DNA of 64,000 bases from Gammaproteobacteria bacterium (GTDB lineage Bacteria > Pseudomonadota > Gammaproteobacteria > Eutrophobiales > Eutrophobiaceae), in contig OZ220696.1 of NCBI GenBank assembly GCA_965116495.1, positions 2,816,001 to 2,880,000 on the forward strand, written 5' to 3'. Positions 46,713 to 56,248 of the stretch are shown in pieces. The position numbers were made by a program, and so were the translations under genes. Each line of letters begins with the position of its first letter. Position 1 is the first letter of the stretch. Below the pieces are notes generated by a model, which ran no database searches, was not told the origin of the DNA, and worked only from the letters and a program-made list of their open reading frames with translations.

Positions 46713-47678
46713 TTGAACCACGTATCCCGTCAAGACTCAGTCGATCCTGTCATCCTCTGGCAGATCTGTGACGGAAAACGCGGTCACCTGAGCCAGTCCA
46801 CCGGGTTGATCGAGGCCCTGCGCCGGCGCGCGCCGCTGGCGGTGCACCAGGTGACGGCACCGCCGTTGATCCGGTCCCTGGCATCCTGTCTCAGCGGAAA
46901 AACTCCATGGCCGGCGGACCTGCCGGCACCACGTGTGGCTGTCGGCGCCGGCCACGCAACCCACGCAGCGCTGTTGGCTGTCAGCCGGGGCTACCGAGCC
47001 AGGACCGTCGTGATCATGCGCCCCAGCCTGCCGCTAAGCTGGTTTGATTACGTGCTGGCGCCGGCCCATGACGACCCGCCGGTGCAGGATAACGTCATTA
47101 TTACCAGTGGCGCCATCAATCCCATGCAGGCCGGACAGGAGCACGACCCGGAGCGCGGACTGATCCTGGTCGGCGGCCCTTCCCGGCATTACCGTATGGA
47201 TGCCGAAGCGCTGCTGTCCCGTATCAGGCAGGTGCTGGCGCGCCCATCGCCCCGCTACTGGACCCTGTCCAATTCCCCCAGGACGCCCGCGCAACTGAAC
47301 CGGGAGCTGATCGGGTTGCAAGCCGCGGGAGTCGAGGTGGCGCCGTGGGATCGCTGCGGACCGGGCTGGCTGGCTGAAACCCTGGCGCGCACTCGCGACG
47401 TATGGGTGACCGAAGACAGTGTTTCCATGATCTACGAGGCGCTGACTTCCGGCTGCCGCGTGGGACTGCTGCCGCTGCCTAGAAAATCCGCAAGCCGTCT
47501 GCACCGGGCGATCGATCAGCTGCTCGAGGATAGCTTCGTGAGCGCGCACAACAACCGGGATGCCGGGGCGGAACTGCGGTCTCCACCCCGGACGTTGAAT
47601 GAGGCCGACCGATGCGCCGGGCTGCTGTTGAAGAAAGGGCTGTTGTCTGAAATCGCCGGGGCTGCAACATGCCCCTGA
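46713..47678 (+). CDS. ELM1 family protein (putative glycosyltransferase)
   Basis: 'DGKRGHLSQSTGL', 'PAHD', 'LVGGPSRHY', 'SPRTP', 'VTEDSVSMIYEA'. Confidence 0.85.
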   Translation: MNHVSRQDSVDPVILWQICDGKRGHLSQSTGLIEALRRRAPLAVHQVTAPPLIRSLASCLSGKTPWPADLPAPRVAVGAGHATHAALLAVSRGYRARTVVIMRPSLPLSWFDYVLAPAHDDPPVQDNVIITSGAINPMQAGQEHDPERGLILVGGPSRHYRMDAEALLSRIRQVLARPSPRYWTLSNSPRTPAQLNRELIGLQAAGVEVAPWDRCGPGWLAETLARTRDVWVTEDSVSMIYEALTSGCRVGLLPLPRKSASRLHRAIDQLLEDSFVSAHNNRDAGAELRSPPRTLNEADRCAGLLLKKGLLSEIAGAATCP

Positions 47679-48778
47679 CCGTGCTGCAAACACTACCGGC
47701 CCTGGAGACGGGCGGCGTGGAACGCGGGACCGTTGACGTGGGCGCCGAACTGGTGCGCCGCGGCCATCGGTCGCTGGTGATATCTTCCGGCGGGGTGTTG
47801 ACGGCCGAACTCAGCGCCGGCGGCTCACGCCATTATGCCTGGCCCATCGGAAAAAAATCCCCATTCACGCTACTGCTGGCGTCCCGGTTGCGACGCTTCC
47901 TGCAAGAGGAAAAGGTGGATATCCTGCATGCGCGCTCGCGCCTGCCGGCCTGGGTCTCTTACCTGGCCTGGAAAAACATGCCGGCAGAAGACCGGCCCGT
48001 ATTCATCACCACCGTTCACGGCCCCTACCGTGCAGGCCGCTACAGCGCAGTCATGACCCGGGGGCAGAAGGTGATAGCCATTTCCAGGTATATCCATGAT
48101 TACATACTGGCGAATTACCCGAGAGTTGACCCCGGGAAGGTATCGATCATCCAGCGCGGGGTGGACCCCGGACGTTTCCCCTGTGGATACCGTCCCGCCG
48201 AAGAATGGCTGGCGCGCTGGCGCATGGACCGGCCCTACCTGCAGGACAAGGCGTTGGTTACCCTCCCCGGGCGTATCACCCGCTGGAAGGGCCACACGGA
48301 TTTTGTCGACATCATCGGGCGCCTGAAGCAGGCCGGCGCCCATGTCCACGGCCTGGTAGCGGGCGGCGCAGAGCCGCGCCGCGAGCGGTTCCTCAAAGAA
48401 TTAATCCGGTCGGTAAACCGTCGCGGCCTGGGAAACGACATCAGTTTCCTGGGCCGGCGCGACGACCTGCGCGAAGTGCTGGGCGTCTCCGACGTCGTCC
48501 TGTCACTGGCAAACATTCCCGAAGCCTTCGGCAGGACCACGCTGGAAGCCTTGTCGCTGGGACGCCCGGTGGTCGCCTACGCCCACGGGGGCGCCGAAGA
48601 AGTACTGGAGGAACTGCAGCCGGACGGCCTGGTCGAACCGGGGAATACTGGGGCCGCAGCCGGGAAGATTCAGGACTTCCTCAAAACCCGGCCGCATATC
48701 ACCTCCAACCGGAGCTTCACCCTGGAACGGATGCTGGACAAGACCCTGGCCTTATACGAGCAGGCCCGCGATTTATGA
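47669..48778 (+). CDS. Glycosyltransferase family 4
   Basis: 'GGVERGT', 'HARSRLPAW', 'GRITRWKGH', 'PEAFGRTTLEA'. Confidence 0.9.
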   Translation: MPLTVLQTLPALETGGVERGTVDVGAELVRRGHRSLVISSGGVLTAELSAGGSRHYAWPIGKKSPFTLLLASRLRRFLQEEKVDILHARSRLPAWVSYLAWKNMPAEDRPVFITTVHGPYRAGRYSAVMTRGQKVIAISRYIHDYILANYPRVDPGKVSIIQRGVDPGRFPCGYRPAEEWLARWRMDRPYLQDKALVTLPGRITRWKGHTDFVDIIGRLKQAGAHVHGLVAGGAEPRRERFLKELIRSVNRRGLGNDISFLGRRDDLREVLGVSDVVLSLANIPEAFGRTTLEALSLGRPVVAYAHGGAEEVLEELQPDGLVEPGNTGAAAGKIQDFLKTRPHITSNRSFTLERMLDKTLALYEQARDL

Positions 48779-49458
48779 AAAATCCATTCGGCAACCTGAG
48801 GGAACGTCTTTACCAGCGCTTCATGCATAAATTCTATGCCCGCGACCTCTTGCTCGAACTGCAATTGCAGGCCAGGCGCGAGACCCTGGAATATATCAAC
48901 AGCAACATGCGGCACTGTGTGATCTGCCGCAACAGGCAGGTCTTATTCGAATACGCCCTGAGCCATGCCGGCCGTGACGGCCTGGCTACCGAATTCGGCG
49001 TGGCGCGGGGCAACAGTATCAGGTTGCTGGCCAAGTTGACCGGCGATACCGTTCACGGTTTCGATTCCTTTCTCGGCCTGCCCGAAGACTGGGCCGGCGC
49101 AACCGAAAGGCGCGGCGCATTTGCCGGTCGCCTCCGGCGTCTGCCCGGAAACGTCAAAATCCATGAAGGAATGTTCTCCGAAAGCCTGCCCGCGTTCCTC
49201 GATAAATATGACCAACCCATGCGCTTCATGCATGTGGACTGCGATCTGTATGCGTCCGCCCGCACCGTATTCGACCTGCTGAAGCCGCGCATCGGACCCG
49301 GAACGGTGATCGTGTTCGATGAGTATTTCAATTACCCGAACTGGCAGGAACATGAGTTCAAGGCGTTCCAGGAATATATCGGGGAGGAACACTGGAACTA
49401 CGAATACCTGGCCTTTTGCGCCAGGGGCGGCTCGGTGGCGGTGAGGATCACCGCCTGA
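48775..49458 (+). CDS. TylF/MycF-like class I SAM methyltransferase
   Basis: 'EFGVARG', 'GFDSFLGLP', 'HVDCDLY', 'VFDEY'; ATG 48775 overlaps the GT4 stop. Confidence 0.82.
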   Translation: MKNPFGNLRERLYQRFMHKFYARDLLLELQLQARRETLEYINSNMRHCVICRNRQVLFEYALSHAGRDGLATEFGVARGNSIRLLAKLTGDTVHGFDSFLGLPEDWAGATERRGAFAGRLRRLPGNVKIHEGMFSESLPAFLDKYDQPMRFMHVDCDLYASARTVFDLLKPRIGPGTVIVFDEYFNYPNWQEHEFKAFQEYIGEEHWNYEYLAFCARGGSVAVRITA

Positions 49459-49475
49459 ATGGTCCGGGACTTTAC

Positions 49476-50444
49476 TTGACGGCGGTGCGCGAGGACATAC
49501 TGATCATCAAGCTCGGAGCACTGGGCGACTTGGTCATGGCGACCGGCCTGGTTGAGCGGATTTTGCGGCATCACGCGCCCCGCCGCTGCATTCTCCTTAC
49601 CGGTCCCACTTACGGCGAATTATTTGCCTCCCGGCCCGGCCTGGAGCTGAAGACTTTCGACCGCAGCAGCCTGCGGTCCACCCTGGCAACGGTGCAGTGG
49701 TTACGCAGGCAGCGGTTTCGGCGGGTATACGACCTGCAGTCAAACGACCGCACCGGCGTAATGTGCAGCCTGTCGGGCATACCGGAACGGGTTGGCAACC
49801 ACCCGCGTTTTCCCTACAACATCCACCCGCAGAGCCGCTACACGGGCCAATGCCATATCCACGCCAGGATGCTGGAAGTACTTGCGGCCGCCGGCATCTC
49901 CGCAGACAAAGTCGTCCCCTGTCTGTACCCCTCAGCGGCAGACCGGGAGAAGGTCGATGTGTGGTTGCGGGAACGGAACCTGACGGATCGGAAACTCGTG
50001 ATCATGCACTCGGGCACCAGCGCCCGGCACCCGGAAAAGTGCTGGCCCCACTTCCGGGAACTGGCCGTGTCCCTGGCAGAGAGCAGATTTCTTACAGTCT
50101 GGGCAGGCGGGGAGGATGACAGGCACACAAACGCCGCCCTGGCCCGCGTTACCGGAGCGGATGCAACCGGTGCATTCTCGTTCCTGCAGCTGGTGGCCCT
50201 TACGGCCCGCGCCCAATTCGCAGTGACCAATGACTCGGGGCCCATGCACCTGTTGGCTTGCGGTTCCATCCCTGTCTACGGCCTGTTCGGGCCGACCGAC
50301 TGGCGCCGCAACCACGCGGTCGGCCAACGCGACCGCATCCTGTCATTGAACAGGGATGAGCCCGTATTCAGGAAGACCAGCCTGGCGGAACTGAAAACCG
50401 TACACGCGCTCCGGCAACTGGAACGGGACGGTATCATCCAATGA
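49476..50444 (+). CDS. Glycosyltransferase family 9
   Basis: 'IKLGALGDLV', 'YDLQ', 'TNDSGPMHL', 'LFGPT'. Confidence 0.88.
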   Translation: MTAVREDILIIKLGALGDLVMATGLVERILRHHAPRRCILLTGPTYGELFASRPGLELKTFDRSSLRSTLATVQWLRRQRFRRVYDLQSNDRTGVMCSLSGIPERVGNHPRFPYNIHPQSRYTGQCHIHARMLEVLAAAGISADKVVPCLYPSAADREKVDVWLRERNLTDRKLVIMHSGTSARHPEKCWPHFRELAVSLAESRFLTVWAGGEDDRHTNAALARVTGADATGAFSFLQLVALTARAQFAVTNDSGPMHLLACGSIPVYGLFGPTDWRRNHAVGQRDRILSLNRDEPVFRKTSLAELKTVHALRQLERDGIIQ

Positions 50445-50477
50445 ACTATGCTAGGATTGCATCCATGAGAGTCATTC

Positions 50478-51227
50478 ATGGCAGATAAATTTCCACCGAC
50501 AAACCCCGCGGCAGCGGATCGGCTGATCGTTGCGCTGGACTTCGATAACGCCGCTGATGCCAACCGTCTGATCAAACAACTCGAAGGCACAGTTAACTTT
50601 TATAAAGTTGGCTGGCAGCTGTTCCTGGGGGAAGGCTGGCCGTTCATCAGGACCCTGCTGGAAGCCGGCAGGAAGGTCTTCCTGGACCTGAAAATCAACG
50701 ATATCGACCGCACCGTAGAGGCTGCGCTGGCCAACATGCCCAATGAATTTTCCGGCAGGCTGGAACTGTTAACCATCCATGGCGGGAGTTCCACGGTGAC
50801 GGCAGCGAAACAGGGGCGGGGAGACAACGACAAACCTTACCTTCTGATGCTCACCGTACTGTCCAGCATGGACGCCGCGGATCTCAAGGAGCTTTCCCCC
50901 GACGGGGCCATGCCGGACACGGATGCCGTCGTCCTGCGCCGGGCGCAGCAGGCCCTGGATGCCGGTTGTGAGGGCTTGATCGCATCCGGTTCGTCCGTGC
51001 GCGCCCTGCGCCGGGAGTTACGCGACCGGGAGTTCCTGATCGTTACCCCAGGCATCAGGCCGGCCGACAGCGGCCATGACGACCACAAACGTACCCTGAC
51101 GCCCTGCCAGGCGATTGGTGATGGCGCGGATTACCTGGTGGTCGGCCGCCCGATCACACGGTCACCCGACCCCCTGAAAACCGCGCAATCCATCATCGCC
51201 GATATACAAGCTGCACTGGTTCAATAA
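50478..51227 (+). CDS. pyrF: Orotidine-5'-phosphate decarboxylase
   Basis: 'LIVALD', 'FLDLKINDI', 'VTPGIRP', 'VVGRPIT'. Confidence 0.95.
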   Translation: MADKFPPTNPAAADRLIVALDFDNAADANRLIKQLEGTVNFYKVGWQLFLGEGWPFIRTLLEAGRKVFLDLKINDIDRTVEAALANMPNEFSGRLELLTIHGGSSTVTAAKQGRGDNDKPYLLMLTVLSSMDAADLKELSPDGAMPDTDAVVLRRAQQALDAGCEGLIASGSSVRALRRELRDREFLIVTPGIRPADSGHDDHKRTLTPCQAIGDGADYLVVGRPITRSPDPLKTAQSIIADIQAALVQ

Positions 51228-51260
51228 GGTTGCTTCATCTGCATCCTGGAGGACAACATC

Positions 51261-51659
51261 ATGGTTACCGAAGTTAATCCCAAACAGGCCTGGAAAATAC
51301 TCCAGGAAAACCCGAACGCGATCCTGCTTGACGTGCGCTCGAAGGTCGAGTTCGATTACGTGGGCCACCCCGTAGGCGCCGTACATGTGTCCATCCAGGA
51401 AGCGCCGGACTGGCAGACCGACCCGGATTTTTCACAAAAGGTCCTCGAACAGCTGGGTGAGGCCAGCAAGGACGTCTCGATCCTCACCATCTGCCGCAGC
51501 GGCAAACGCTCTATGCTGGCGGCGCAACTGCTGGAGGAACAGGGTTACAAACACACGGTGAATATCGCCGAAGGCTTCGAAGGCGACCCGGACGAAAACC
51601 GCCACCGGGGCAACCTCAACGGCTGGCGCTATCACGGGCTTCCGTGGGAGCAGACTTGA
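51261..51659 (+). CDS. Rhodanese-like protein
   Basis: 'LLDVR', active-site loop 'CRSGKRS', 'GWRYHGLPW'. Confidence 0.9.
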   Translation: MVTEVNPKQAWKILQENPNAILLDVRSKVEFDYVGHPVGAVHVSIQEAPDWQTDPDFSQKVLEQLGEASKDVSILTICRSGKRSMLAAQLLEEQGYKHTVNIAEGFEGDPDENRHRGNLNGWRYHGLPWEQT

Positions 51660-51765
51660 TTGTGGGAAACGGGACAGATTCTAAAATGATAGTGCAGGGA
51701 CCTTAACGGTACGGGTCGTTTACACAGTGGTTGTTATTGACGCCCAATTTACATAAAGCATGTAA

Positions 51766-52140
51766 ATGAGTATTGAACTGCTGCCCAGTGTCATCAGAGA
51801 AAACTATGAAGTCCATGAATGGAAGCACGCATGCGCCATCTTAGGAGAAGATTTTCCGGGCGAATGGGAAGATATCGTATCCGTATTGAGCAAATTTCGA
51901 CTGTTAAAAAGCTGGATTACGAATCCCGGTGGCAGCCTGCGAGCAATCAGCATCGGTGTGATTATTACACGTTGCGACGAGCTACAGGACATATTTAATC
52001 AACTGGACATAGGCGCTTCTTATGGCGCCTCGACTACCTATATGAGCAAGCTGCTCCCCAGAATCAACGGCGGAAGCGGGGGTGGCCGCCCGCTTCTTGT
52101 GTTAGGCATTTCCAGAAGACTATACATTGAGGATGAATAA
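51766..52140 (+). pseudogene. BglII/BstYI-family restriction endonuclease with an internal in-frame deletion
   Basis: Family-like ends 'YEVHEWKHACAIL' and 'GVIITR...YGASTT..SKLLPRI.GG.GGG'; only 124 aa with no catalytic D...ExE/Q segment. Confidence 0.65.
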
Positions 52141-52536
52141 TGTGCACATCCGATGACCTGTTACAAGACATAGGCAACAGAAAGTTTTCCACCGTCCTGG
52201 CCGACCCGCCGTGGTGTAGGTTTCTACTTCCGCAATGTAACCGAAGTGATTTTGTTCGGCATCCGCGGTAAAAATGCCAGAACGAGAGAAGCCGGCAGGC
52301 GGCAGGAGAATATTATCGTCTCGCGTAAGAGAGAACACAGCCGCAAACCCGATGAACAGTACGAGTTGATCGAAACCTGCAGTCCAGGTCCTTATCTCGA
52401 ATTATTCGCCCGGGATTCCAAGGAAGGCCGGTTTACATGGGGAAACCAGTCAGAAAATTATTCGCCTGATGGGGTAACCTACGCAAATCATTCGCAGGCT
52501 AATACAAGCCCGATAGAGCAGAAGAGACTACTATAA
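52140..52536 (+). pseudogene. MT-A70 family adenine methyltransferase, deleted and frameshifted
   Basis: ATG 52140 frame gives 'FSTVLADPPW'; another frame continues 'GVGFYFRNVTEVILFGIRG...REHSRKPDE...YLELFAR'. Confidence 0.82.
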
Positions 52537-52615
52537 TTTGTTGAATTATAACGCTGCTTCTACTACCAACGGATTTTTTCAGGGTTGGTCGTCTACATCC
52601 CCCAGCAGTAATTTT

Positions 52616-53179
52616 TTATTCCTCTATCCCTACGATAACGAGAGGCACAGCCGGAACGCCCCGTCCCTGCCTGATAATATTGTATAACTCCCCTTCGTAG
52701 TAGGATGCGCCGGAACTCATCTGCTTTCGCAGTTGTTTCATCGGCAAAATCTCGACGCCGACATCGATTTTATCGCCCACAAAAAAAGCAAGATGCTTGA
52801 CAAACAAATCGTAAACTTCAAAGGAGTATTTCTCGAACTGGACTTCAATCGCTACTCTGTCTTTCACTAAATCGGGCTGGTTGTAGCAGAAAATCGCTGA
52901 TGAACTTGCTTGTTCAATCTTATCTCTTTGATGAGGAGGGGACATGGCAGCCCAGCTCTTTTTCCAATTCTTATCTTCAAAGAGCCTCTTAAACGCCGTG
53001 TTTATTTTAACCGGGTTATACTGAAGGCCATTCGTACCCCTTTCTGTTGATACCGTTGTCTTTGAAGCATTTTCATCCACTTCATCTATGACATCCTTTA
53101 TTTCCTGCCATAGTTGTGGTTTGTGGACAAGCAGATGTTCAAGGCCATTAAAGTGAGAATGGGTTTCAACTATCCTCAT
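52616..53179 (-). CDS. BglII/BstYI-family restriction endonuclease (possibly degenerate)
   Basis: 'NQPDLVKDRVAIEVQF', 'YDLFVKH', 'IDVGVEILP', 'PAVPLVIVGI'. Confidence 0.72.
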   Translation of the reverse strand: MRIVETHSHFNGLEHLLVHKPQLWQEIKDVIDEVDENASKTTVSTERGTNGLQYNPVKINTAFKRLFEDKNWKKSWAAMSPPHQRDKIEQASSSAIFCYNQPDLVKDRVAIEVQFEKYSFEVYDLFVKHLAFFVGDKIDVGVEILPMKQLRKQMSSGASYYEGELYNIIRQGRGVPAVPLVIVGIEE

Positions 53180-53332
53180 AATGATATTCGCCTGGAATTT
53201 ACAGCAATCTTTACGCTTGAATCGAGCATTTTATCTTTTCTCCTTGACATGATTTTTCGATGAATTGGTCCAAGGAACATGAGGAAGCAATCACTTGGTC
53301 TCCATGACGATATCATACCATCGTTTCCGGCT

Positions 53333-53490
53333 TCAAAACTCGCCCAGTTCCTTCTTTACATCATCGGTATCGTAGCCGAACACTGAAGTGCCAACCGAGC
53401 CCAAAACCGCGACAAACTTATCCACCGGCATCTCAGCCAGTCTGGCAGCTTTATTCAGGCACAGTACTGCTTTATTAGAAAAAAGAATTG
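53333..53490 (-). pseudogene. UPF0175-like (HTH antitoxin) remnant
   Basis: Manual translation 'LFSNKAVLCLNKAARLAEMPVDKFVAVLGSVGTSVFGYDTDDVKKELGEF*'; no intact N-terminus. Confidence 0.5.
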
Positions 53491-53499
53491 GATATACAT

Positions 53500-53540
53500 G
53501 GGGTCAGAATAAAAATTCAGCGAATTTTTATTCTGACCCC
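53500..53540. repeat. Perfect 19-bp-arm hairpin (REP-like, possible terminator) at the islet border
   Basis: ggggtcagaataaaaattc-agc-gaatttttattctgacccc. Confidence 0.8.
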
Positions 53541-53552
53541 TTAATTCTAATA

Positions 53553-54773
53553 CTATCCATAGACCCGCCGGCTCTCGAAAATGCCGGGGCTGAAGCGCTT
53601 TCCGCCGCTGTGTAACAGGCGTTTCAGCATGAAGTCGAACAGGATGGGGTTGTGTCGGCGCACCTCATCCAACACCTGCGCCGCAGCTTCGGACAGGAAG
53701 CCCCTTGACCGCAGCTTGCGTAGCGAGATCAGTGGCACGACGCCGGGCAGGGGATAGTCGGAACCGTTTACCAGGCGCCCGTGCCAGTCCTCGGTTTCCA
53801 GTAGCGCTTTCAGCACCGACGCGCGCCTGTTGCGCTGGATAACGGCTGAGGTATCGCCGAACAGCAATCCTTCAAAGCGGGGATCATTCATCAGGCGCGC
53901 AAACAGGCTGAAATTACTCACCCGGAGGCCGCCGGCGCCCTTGTCCAGGTCGCGGCCCTGCCCCAGTGAGGCGCAATGCGCCACGATCACTTTTGCGCCG
54001 TGTTCCAGCGGGCGGCGCAGCAGCAGCGGGTTGCCGTATTCCTGCCGGCCGCTGCCGTGTACGGCTTTTTCATCCCCGGCGTGGACCAGCAGGGGCAGGC
54101 CCAGCCGCACCAGGGCTGTGTAGAAGTCATTACAACGCGCCGCGCCGGGGTCCATGCCCATGGCGGGAGGAAGCCATTTCACGGCCCGGGCGCCGGCCTT
54201 GCTCGCTTGCTCCAGGGCCTCGACGGCATCCTCGCGATAGGGATGCACCGAGGCAATCCATTCAAAATCCCCGGGGTATTGCCGGTGCAGGCGGGCGGCC
54301 AGTTCATTGGGGGTATGAAACGCGCTCAGGTCGGGACGGCGCCGGCCGGACTCGTCGTAACTGTAATCGAAGGCCAGCAACATGAACCGGCTCTCCGGCG
54401 GGAACCCTTGTCTCAAGGCCAGCAGCCGGGCCACAAAGCTCTCGTCCGCGTTGTCCTCAACGGCGCAGGATGCGTTCAGGTAGAAACGCAACTGGGTATA
54501 TTGCAGGGGATGCCGGAGTGATTTCAATTGCGGGTTGATCCAGGCGCCGCTGCCGCTGTCGCCGGTGCCCAGCAGGTGCACATGACCGTCCCAGATATAG
54601 TCAGGCCGCAAGCCATCGAAGGCCTGCCGTGCCAGTTCATGATTCGCCAGAGACTCCGGCAGGCGCGCGGGCAGGCAGGGGTTGAATAGCATGGGTCCGC
54701 GCAGGCAACCGCTTATGCTCATCCCACCCAGCAGGGCGAGGAAATGGCGCCGGGAAATTATGGCGGAGGACAT
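53553..54773 (-). CDS. Amidohydrolase family protein, predicted Tat-exported lipoprotein
   Basis: 'SRRHFL' twin-arginine plus 'ISG-C' lipobox; metal motifs 'DGHVH', 'VHAG', 'VAHCAS', 'NGSDYP'. Confidence 0.85.
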   Translation of the reverse strand: MSSAIISRRHFLALLGGMSISGCLRGPMLFNPCLPARLPESLANHELARQAFDGLRPDYIWDGHVHLLGTGDSGSGAWINPQLKSLRHPLQYTQLRFYLNASCAVEDNADESFVARLLALRQGFPPESRFMLLAFDYSYDESGRRRPDLSAFHTPNELAARLHRQYPGDFEWIASVHPYREDAVEALEQASKAGARAVKWLPPAMGMDPGAARCNDFYTALVRLGLPLLVHAGDEKAVHGSGRQEYGNPLLLRRPLEHGAKVIVAHCASLGQGRDLDKGAGGLRVSNFSLFARLMNDPRFEGLLFGDTSAVIQRNRRASVLKALLETEDWHGRLVNGSDYPLPGVVPLISLRKLRSRGFLSEAAAQVLDEVRRHNPILFDFMLKRLLHSGGKRFSPGIFESRRVYG

Positions 54774-54805
54774 ATTATGTGTCGCCGGAGGCGACGGCTT
54801 GTTCA

Positions 54806-54832
54806 CTGGATTCCCGCATGCGCGGGAATGAC
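54806..54832. repeat. Family A REP-like palindrome
   Basis: ctggattcccgcatgcgcgggaatgac. Confidence 0.85.
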
Positions 54833-54879
54833 GGGTGAGAGCGGAAATGGCAAATGGGGGCGACCCTCGGCGACACGGC

Positions 54880-55659
54880 TTATTCCGCTGCCGAGGCGCT
54901 GTCTTCCGGGGTATCATCGGCCCGGCGTTTGACAAACCGGCCCAGGATCAGGCCCAGTTCAAACAACAACCACACAGGTACCGCGAGCAGGACCTGGGAG
55001 ATGATGTCAGGCGGGGTCAGCAGCATGCCTGCCGTGAATGCCCCGACGATAATGTAGGCACGTTTCCGTGCCAGTGATTCAACAGAAGCAATTCCTGTGT
55101 AAACGAACAGGATAATGGCGATGGGTACTTCAAAGGCAACGCCGAAGGCAAAGAACATCTTGAGGATAAAGTTCAGGTAATGGCTGATATCGGTCATCAT
55201 GGTCACGCCGGCCGGCGCGGTCGACGTCAGGAACGCAAACAGCAACGGAAACACGATAAAGAAGGCGAAAGCGCAACCCAGGTAGAACAACAGCACGCTG
55301 CTCGAGAGCAACGGCAGTACCAGGCGTCGTTCATTTTGATACAGTCCCGGCGCGACGAAAGCCCAGGCCTGGTACAACAGGTACGGCACGGACACGAACA
55401 CGGCAGCAAAGAAGGTGAGCTTGAACGGCACCAGGAACGGCGCCGCGACTTCGGTCGCGATCATGCTGCTCTCTTGCGGCAATTGCTCCAGTAGCGGACC
55501 GGCTATCATGGAGTAAATGTCGTTGGCGAATACGCTGAGGCCGAGGAAGATGACAAACACACAGGCCAAGGAACGCAATAACCTGTTGCGCAGTTCAGCC
55601 AGGTGGGCGATGAGCGGCTGTTCCGTATCGGTATCAGGACGGGGGGAATCGTCCGCCAT
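54880..55659 (-). CDS. tatC: Twin-arginine translocase TatC
   Basis: 'HLAELRNRL', 'FVAPGLY', 'FEVP', 'TPPDIISQ'. Confidence 0.97.
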   Translation of the reverse strand: MADDSPRPDTDTEQPLIAHLAELRNRLLRSLACVFVIFLGLSVFANDIYSMIAGPLLEQLPQESSMIATEVAAPFLVPFKLTFFAAVFVSVPYLLYQAWAFVAPGLYQNERRLVLPLLSSSVLLFYLGCAFAFFIVFPLLFAFLTSTAPAGVTMMTDISHYLNFILKMFFAFGVAFEVPIAIILFVYTGIASVESLARKRAYIIVGAFTAGMLLTPPDIISQVLLAVPVWLLFELGLILGRFVKRRADDTPEDSASAAE

Positions 55660-55664
55660 GGGTT

Positions 55665-55931
55665 TCAGTCGTCGGTTGTCTTGATCTTGCCGTGTTTGTC
55701 CGGGGCAACATCCATCAGCTTGTCCATTCGCTCCACCTCTTCGCTGAAGTCCTTGACCTCATCGATGCGCAACTGCTGTTCGAATTCGTACTTGGCCTGC
55801 ATCACGTAGCGGCGCAATTTCCTTACCCACCTGCCGACATCCCGCACCAGCCCCGGCAGTCTTTCGGGACCGGCCACCAGCAGAGAGACCACGGCGATGA
55901 CCAGCAGCTCCCAGAAACCGATGTCAAACAT
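55665..55931 (-). CDS. tatB: Twin-arginine translocase TatB
   Basis: 'MFDIGFWELL...GPERLP'. Confidence 0.95.
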   Translation of the reverse strand: MFDIGFWELLVIAVVSLLVAGPERLPGLVRDVGRWVRKLRRYVMQAKYEFEQQLRIDEVKDFSEEVERMDKLMDVAPDKHGKIKTTDD

Positions 55932-55949
55932 GGGGCATCAGGCGCGCTG

Positions 55950-56174
55950 TCAGGATTCGGCCGGTTTCCCTTTCTGGCCGTCCTCTACCTCGCCTTCAAT
56001 GACCTTGCTGCCTGAAGATTCTTTTCCACTGTCGGGATCATCATCTTTTATTGCATTACGGAAGCCTTTGATTGCATTACCCAGGTCGCCGCCGATGCTC
56101 CCCAGTTTTTTGGTTCCAAACAACAGGGCGACGATTACCATAATGATCCCCAGTTCCCAGATACCAAAACTCAT
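55950..56174 (-). CDS. tatA: Twin-arginine translocase TatA
   Basis: 'LLFGTKKL...[11 protein letters not shown]'. Confidence 0.95.
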   Translation of the reverse strand: MSFGIWELGIIMVIVALLFGTKKLGSIGGDLGNAIKGFRNAIKDDDPDSGKESSGSKVIEGEVEDGQKGKPAES

Positions 56175-56248
56175 AGCTTGTCTCCAGCAGAATAAATACC
56201 AAGGCTAATTATGACACATATTTGGGGCCAGGTCGCACATTGCAAATT

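Noticed and set aside
48205-48774. 417-aa version of the methyltransferase
   Set aside because: Extension overlaps the GT4 gene out of frame; ATG 48775 couples to the GT4 stop
53553-54773. Calling the gene after tatC tatD
   Set aside because: About 400 aa with an export signal and no TatD 'GEIGLD' motif
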